Assembly (NCBI GenBank): GCA_040220235.1
Contig: JAVJTO010000153.1
Reading direction: 5' to 3' (one strand)
Source of the DNA: Coleofasciculus sp. B1-GNL1-01
GTDB lineage: Bacteria > Cyanobacteriota > Cyanobacteriia > Cyanobacteriales > Coleofasciculaceae
DNA: 30,526 nt
In this document: positions 25,973-30,526 of the stretch, piece by piece
Numbering within the stretch: position 1 is the first letter of the stretch
Layout: each line of letters begins with the position of its first letter
Position numbers and translations under genes: made by a program
The notes under the pieces: generated by a model
What the model was told of the DNA's origin: nothing
Database searches by the model: none
Seen by the model: the letters and a program-made list of their open reading frames with translations, nothing else

Positions 25973-27496
25973 ATGCTGCAAGAATTATGGTCATTTCGCG
26001 GTCGATACCGCATCTTACATTTAACGTGGTTCGCCTTCTTTCTCTCATTTGTCGTTTGGTTCAACTTTGCCCCGTTAGCCACAGCCGTGCAAGAAGACTT
26101 AGGGCTGAGTGCGGCACAAATTCGGACATTGGCGATTTGTAACGTAGCGCTGACTGTACCAGCTCGTATTATTATCGGCATGTTACTCGACCGTTTTGGT
26201 CCACGGTTAACCTATTCCGTGTTGCTGATATATGCCGCAATTCCTTGTCTGGCGTTTTCCCTGGCGCAAGACTTCAGCCAATTAGTGATCAGCCGTTTAG
26301 CCCTAAGTATTGTGGGTGCAGGCTTCGTGATTGGTATCCGCATGGTAGCAGAATGGTTTCCCCCCAAAGAAATTGGCTTGGCTGAAGGAATTTATGGGGG
26401 ATGGGGTAACTTTGGTTCCGCTGCATCTGCCTTTACCCTACCCACAATTGCGGCGTTATTAACGGTTGGCGCTGGGGGTGGATTGATCAACTGGCGACTC
26501 GCGATCGCACTCACAGGTATTATTGCTGCACTCTATGGCGTCATTTACTACAGAAGCGTTCAAGATACCCCTCCGGGTAAAGTGTATCAGAAGCCCAAGC
26601 GTCATGGTGGCTTAGAAGTCACCACCAAGCGGGACTTTGGCTTCCTGATGCTGATGAATGTTCCTCTGGTGGGGATTCTCGCCGTTCTCGCTTGGCGCTT
26701 AAGTAACGTTGGTTTCTTAGATCGAACCGGATTAATTATCACCTGGTTAGCGCTGTTGGGGTTATATCTGTTCCAGGCTTACAAATGCTGGGATGTGAAT
26801 AAAGACCTGATGACCAATCAAAAACGGTATCCTGCTGATGATCGCTACAACTTCTCCCAAGTCGCCCTTCTGGAATTAACGTATGTGGTCAACTTTGGTT
26901 CAGAATTAGCAGTTGTCTCCATGCTTCCTGCCTTTTTTGAAGGAACATTTGGATTGAGTAAGCAATTAGCCGGAATGATTGCTGCTAGTTATGCGTTTAT
27001 GAACTTAGTTTCACGTCCCGGTGGTGGATTAATTTCAGATACCCTGGGAAGCCGGAAATGGACAATGACAGTATTGACAGGATGCATGGGGATTGGCTAT
27101 CTGATGTTGAGTACCGTCAATGGGAGTTGGTGGCTACCTGCTGCGGTTATTCTCACCATGGGGTGTTCCTTCTTTGTCCAAGCGGGTGAAGGGTCTACCT
27201 TTGCCATGGTACCGTTAATCAAACGCCGAGTCACGGGTCAGATTGCGGGTAATGTTGGTGCTTATGGTAATGTCGGCGCTGTCGCTTATCTCACCCTATT
27301 TAGTTTGCTGCCAGAAGGCGATATCGGGAACCGTGTTTTCTTCCAAACCTTAGGAATTACAGCATTAATCGTCACCTTCCTCTGTTGGTTCTTCCTCAGA
27401 GAACCCAAAGGATCGTTTGCGACACATCATGAAGGGGAAGAAACCGAATTGCCAGTCGAAAGTGTTCCAGTTTTGGCGGATGAACACCCTCATTGA
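25973..27496 (+). CDS. nrtP: NrtP (NarK/NasA-type MFS) nitrate/nitrite transporter
   Basis: LHLTWFAFFLSFVVWFN, nitrate signature AEGIYGGWGNFG, FGSELAVVSMLP and GNVGAYGNVG; directly upstream of narB. Confidence 0.95.
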   Translation: MLQELWSFRGRYRILHLTWFAFFLSFVVWFNFAPLATAVQEDLGLSAAQIRTLAICNVALTVPARIIIGMLLDRFGPRLTYSVLLIYAAIPCLAFSLAQDFSQLVISRLALSIVGAGFVIGIRMVAEWFPPKEIGLAEGIYGGWGNFGSAASAFTLPTIAALLTVGAGGGLINWRLAIALTGIIAALYGVIYYRSVQDTPPGKVYQKPKRHGGLEVTTKRDFGFLMLMNVPLVGILAVLAWRLSNVGFLDRTGLIITWLALLGLYLFQAYKCWDVNKDLMTNQKRYPADDRYNFSQVALLELTYVVNFGSELAVVSMLPAFFEGTFGLSKQLAGMIAASYAFMNLVSRPGGGLISDTLGSRKWTMTVLTGCMGIGYLMLSTVNGSWWLPAAVILTMGCSFFVQAGEGSTFAMVPLIKRRVTGQIAGNVGAYGNVGAVAYLTLFSLLPEGDIGNRVFFQTLGITALIVTFLCWFFLREPKGSFATHHEGEETELPVESVPVLADEHPH

Positions 27497-27541
27497 TGGT
27501 TGAGAATTCATTGGTAATTTAGCTGATTATCGACATCCCTT

Positions 27542-27571
27542 TGTAGAGACGTAGCAGGCTACGTCTCTACA
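27542..27571. repeat. REP-like palindrome TGTAGAGACGTAGC-AG-GCTACGTCTCTACA
   Basis: 14-bp perfect stem located 46 nt after the nrtP stop. Confidence 0.85.
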
Positions 27572-27619
27572 GGTTTATCGCTCCTTTGAGAACTAGGTTG
27601 TCAAATTAGCATTTTCCCG

Positions 27620-27691
27620 ATGTAATTTCTTCATATTCCCTAACATTTTGTTGTTTTTTATACCAAAGAAGCTCATTTATTTCTTTAACCT
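27620..27691 (+). promoter_or_regulatory. Putative separate narB promoter (AT-N11-AT plus GTT-N8-TAC-N22-TAACCT)
   Basis: ATGTAATTTCTTCAT at 27620-27634; GTTGTTTTTTATAC at 27650-27663; TAACCT at 27686-27691. Same spacing as the nrtP promoter. Confidence 0.55.
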
Positions 27692-27789
27692 GAACCAAAA
27701 GATAGTTAAAAATTAGACGTATTGGTAACTGGTAAATGTGACAACAAATTATGCAGACTGTGTAACAAATGACGAATAACAAATAACAA

Positions 27790-30015
27790 ATGACTAACTC
27801 AACAAAAACACTTTGTCCCTATTGCGGTGTTGGCTGTGGTTTAGAAGTCACGCCACCCGCCCAACCTGGTAAAGCCACTCATCGCGATAGCGAAGGAACA
27901 CCAATATGGCGAGTACGGGGCGATCGCGCTCATCCCTCTAGCCAAGGAAAGGTTTGTGTCAAGGGAGCAACGATCAGCGAATCCTTGGATAAAAATCGTC
28001 TCAAATATCCGATGATGCGAGACTCCCTGGATCAGCCCTTTCGACGAGTCAGTTGGGATGAAGCCCTGGATCGCATCGTCCTGCAACTGCAAACCGTCCG
28101 CTTTACCCAAGGACCTGAAGCCATCTGTATGTATGGTTCCGGTCAATTTCAAACCGAAGACTATTATATTGCCCAAAAATTACTCAAAGGCTGTCTGGGT
28201 ACAAACAATTTTGACGCCAATTCTCGCCTATGTATGTCCTCCGCTGTATCGGGTTATATCCAGAGTTTCGGCTCAGATGGACCTCCCTGCTGCTACGAGG
28301 ATTTAGAACAAACCGATTGTGCCTTTTTAATTGGTACAAATACCGCCGAATGTCACCCAATCGTATTTAATCGCCTGCACAAGCATTGTAAAAAGAACCG
28401 TAAGGTGAAAATGATTGTGGTTGACCCCCGGCGCACTTCAACCGCAGAAGCGGCTGATTTGCATTTAGCGATTCGACCGGGTACGGATATAGATTTGCTG
28501 AATGGAATTGCCCATTTACTAATGCGTTGGGGGAAAATTAATACCCTATTTATTGATGACTGTACGCGAGATTTTCCCCTCTACGCCGATATCATTCGCC
28601 ACTATCCCCCCGAACTCGTAGCGCGTAACTGTGGAATTCGGTTAGATGAATTGGAGAAGGCGGCTCGATATTGGGCGGATTCGGAACGGGTGTTATCCCT
28701 GTGGTCAATGGGGATGAACCAATCCTCAGAAGGAACCGCCAAAGTCCGCACATTAATTAATTTACACCTGATGACCGGAACCATTGGTAGACCGGGTTCT
28801 GGACCCTTTTCCCTCACCGGACAACCTAACGCCATGGGGGGGCGAGAAGCGGGGGGACTGGCGCATATTCTTCCCGGTTATCGGTTGGTGAAGAATCCCC
28901 AACATCGGGCAGAATTGGAACACTTGTGGGGACTGAAGTCGGGGCAAATTTCCCCAGAACCGGGTTTAAGCGCTTGGGATATGATCCTAGGCTTAGAGAC
29001 AGGTGCAGTCGGATTCCTTTGGATTGCAGCGACGAATCCGGCGGTGAGTATGCCCGATTTAGAACGCACGAAAGCGGCGTTGAAGCAGTCCTCATTTACG
29101 GTATATCAGGATGCCTATTATCCCACCGAAACAGCAGCTTATGCTCATGTCATCCTTCCTGCGGCTCAGTGGAGTGAAAAAACGGGAACGATGACGAATT
29201 CTGAACGGGTGGTAACCTTATGTCCCCAATTCCGCTATCGAGTGGGCGAATCTAGAGCCGATTGGGAAATCTTTGCCGAAGTTGGGAGGCGTTTAGGGTT
29301 TACGGAACAGTTTGACTTTGCGGATTCGGCGGCGGTGCATCGGGAGTTTGTGCAACTGACTCGTGGGCGGGTTTGCGATATGACGGGTATTACCTATGAG
29401 CAGTTACAGGAGGCTCCAATTCAGTGGCCCCATCCGGAAGATGTAGAGACGAGCCATGGCGCGTCTGAGGGCAGAGGAGATAGAGTCAATTCAAAACGGT
29501 TGTATACAGATTGGCGCTTCCCCACCGCCGATGGACGGGCAAAGTTTGCCGCGTATCACTCACGGGGATTAGCAGAACCCCCTGATCCAAATTATCCGTT
29601 GGTCTTGACAACGGGACGCCTTTATGGTCACTGGCACACCCAAACTCGGACGGGTCGAATTCCCAAGATTCAGCAAATGCATCCGCAACCCTTCCTAGAA
29701 ATCCATCCCCGTGATGCCCAGAAATTGGGGATTGAAGAGGGGAACTGGGTGGAAGTGCGATCGCGCCGGGGCAAAAGTCGGTTTCCGGCTCAGGTAACGA
29801 AAGCGATCGCGCCAGGGACAGTATTTGTGCCAATGCATTGGGGGGCATTGTGGGCAGCCAATGCCGAAGCGAACGCCTTGACCCATCCAGAATCTTGTCC
29901 GGATTCTGGGCAACCGGAGTTAAAAGCCTGTGCGGTGCAGTTGAGTTTAGTACCAGAGTCCGCAGAGGTGTTATGGGAACAGGAGGTTGAGCAACAGTCG
30001 ATTTTGGGCAAATAA
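27790..30015 (+). CDS. narB: Ferredoxin-nitrate reductase (Mo-bisPGD, 4Fe-4S)
   Basis: CPYCGVGC...VCVKG cluster ligands, [38 protein letters not shown] and [11 protein letters not shown]. Confidence 0.96.
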   Translation: MTNSTKTLCPYCGVGCGLEVTPPAQPGKATHRDSEGTPIWRVRGDRAHPSSQGKVCVKGATISESLDKNRLKYPMMRDSLDQPFRRVSWDEALDRIVLQLQTVRFTQGPEAICMYGSGQFQTEDYYIAQKLLKGCLGTNNFDANSRLCMSSAVSGYIQSFGSDGPPCCYEDLEQTDCAFLIGTNTAECHPIVFNRLHKHCKKNRKVKMIVVDPRRTSTAEAADLHLAIRPGTDIDLLNGIAHLLMRWGKINTLFIDDCTRDFPLYADIIRHYPPELVARNCGIRLDELEKAARYWADSERVLSLWSMGMNQSSEGTAKVRTLINLHLMTGTIGRPGSGPFSLTGQPNAMGGREAGGLAHILPGYRLVKNPQHRAELEHLWGLKSGQISPEPGLSAWDMILGLETGAVGFLWIAATNPAVSMPDLERTKAALKQSSFTVYQDAYYPTETAAYAHVILPAAQWSEKTGTMTNSERVVTLCPQFRYRVGESRADWEIFAEVGRRLGFTEQFDFADSAAVHREFVQLTRGRVCDMTGITYEQLQEAPIQWPHPEDVETSHGASEGRGDRVNSKRLYTDWRFPTADGRAKFAAYHSRGLAEPPDPNYPLVLTTGRLYGHWHTQTRTGRIPKIQQMHPQPFLEIHPRDAQKLGIEEGNWVEVRSRRGKSRFPAQVTKAIAPGTVFVPMHWGALWAANAEANALTHPESCPDSGQPELKACAVQLSLVPESAEVLWEQEVEQQSILGK

Positions 30016-30027
30016 ACCCGATTTGAG

Positions 30028-30225
30028 TGTCCACCAGTAGGGTGGGTTAGGCGGTACTCCGTTAAAGAAACGAACCATCTAATCCTATATCCGCCGTAAC
30101 CCACCAGGTTATCAACAGCGCCATTGAGTAAAGGGCGACCCGAGTCAATTGAATGGACACCGTTGTGAATTGATGCAAGCGGGTCGCCCCTACAGTTCAT
30201 CATCGGAAAATCTGTCCACCAGTAG
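30028..30225. repeat. Two REP-like hairpins flanked by a 13-bp direct repeat TGTCCACCAGTAG
   Basis: GTAGGGTGGGTTA...TAACCCACC at about 30037-30105; an inverted relative of the 16062 hairpin at 30132-30194; direct repeats at 30028-30040 and 30213-30225. Confidence 0.75.
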
Positions 30226-30378
30226 TGGCGTGACCCATCTTATTTGAGGAATTATAATTAAGGAGAAAGGTTTCAGGCGTTGAAGTCAGGACGAAGGCAG
30301 GGGCGAGTAAATATGATTGCAGCTCTTTGTCAGGGTCAATTGATGGCTCCCTTTACTGTGGAAGGGGCTTGTAATCGA
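30223..30378 (+). mobile_element. IS630-family (ISY100-like) remnant: terminal repeat plus internal transposase fragment
   Basis: 30262-30378 translates to GERFQALKSGRRQGRVNMIAALCQGQLMAPFTVEGACNR, which I recognise as part of a cyanobacterial IS630 DDE transposase. It is preceded by TAGTGGCGTGACCCA. Confidence 0.75.
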
Positions 30379-30526
30379 GCGCAGGGGTCTGAAAGTCCTT
30401 TACTCAAGTATCAATCAATAATTTTTCACTCATAGAATCTCGCTTGTAAGCGTTACAGTAAAACTGCCTAAGGATTGTCACCTGATCGCACTGTTTCTGT
30501 TAGCTCACAACTTTTGGTCTTGCCCA

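Noticed and set aside
25801..30203. Antisense and alternate-frame ORFs over nrtP and narB
   Set aside because: They overlap highly conserved genes and show no recognisable motifs.

Overview
Chromosomal window from a cyanobacterium: HIP1 GCGATCGC is abundant, heptamer STRR-type repeats occur, and there are NtcA boxes. The very high repeat load and the NrtP-type nitrate transporter suggest a filamentous, probably marine or mat-forming strain (inference). Gene order: YegS/DAGK lipid kinase; two co-oriented hybrid histidine kinases (REC-HK and CHASE3-PAS-GAF-6xPAS-HK-2xREC); an ABC-type ATPase plus a TOPRIM/DUF4435-like partner (PARIS-like) whose second gene carries one in-frame TAG; a PQQ sugar dehydrogenase lipoprotein; an intergenic region with an orphan IS200/IS605-type right end and an NsiR1-like sRNA; an effector-less NACHT-HEAT protein; a HIP1-modular repeat array and a 12x21-bp palindrome array; an LRR-Roc-COR-TIR (Roco-TIR) protein; a ketopantoate reductase; a class II aldolase; a GH3 ligase divergent from a JmjC oxygenase; nrtP and narB, each with NtcB/NtcA-like promoter geometry; and an IS630 remnant. 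The best candidate for an undescribed system is the NACHT-HEAT / repeat array / Roco-TIR block, which lies in a small defence-like island (about 9.2-19.6 kb). All family calls come from motif recognition by eye; no database searches were run.
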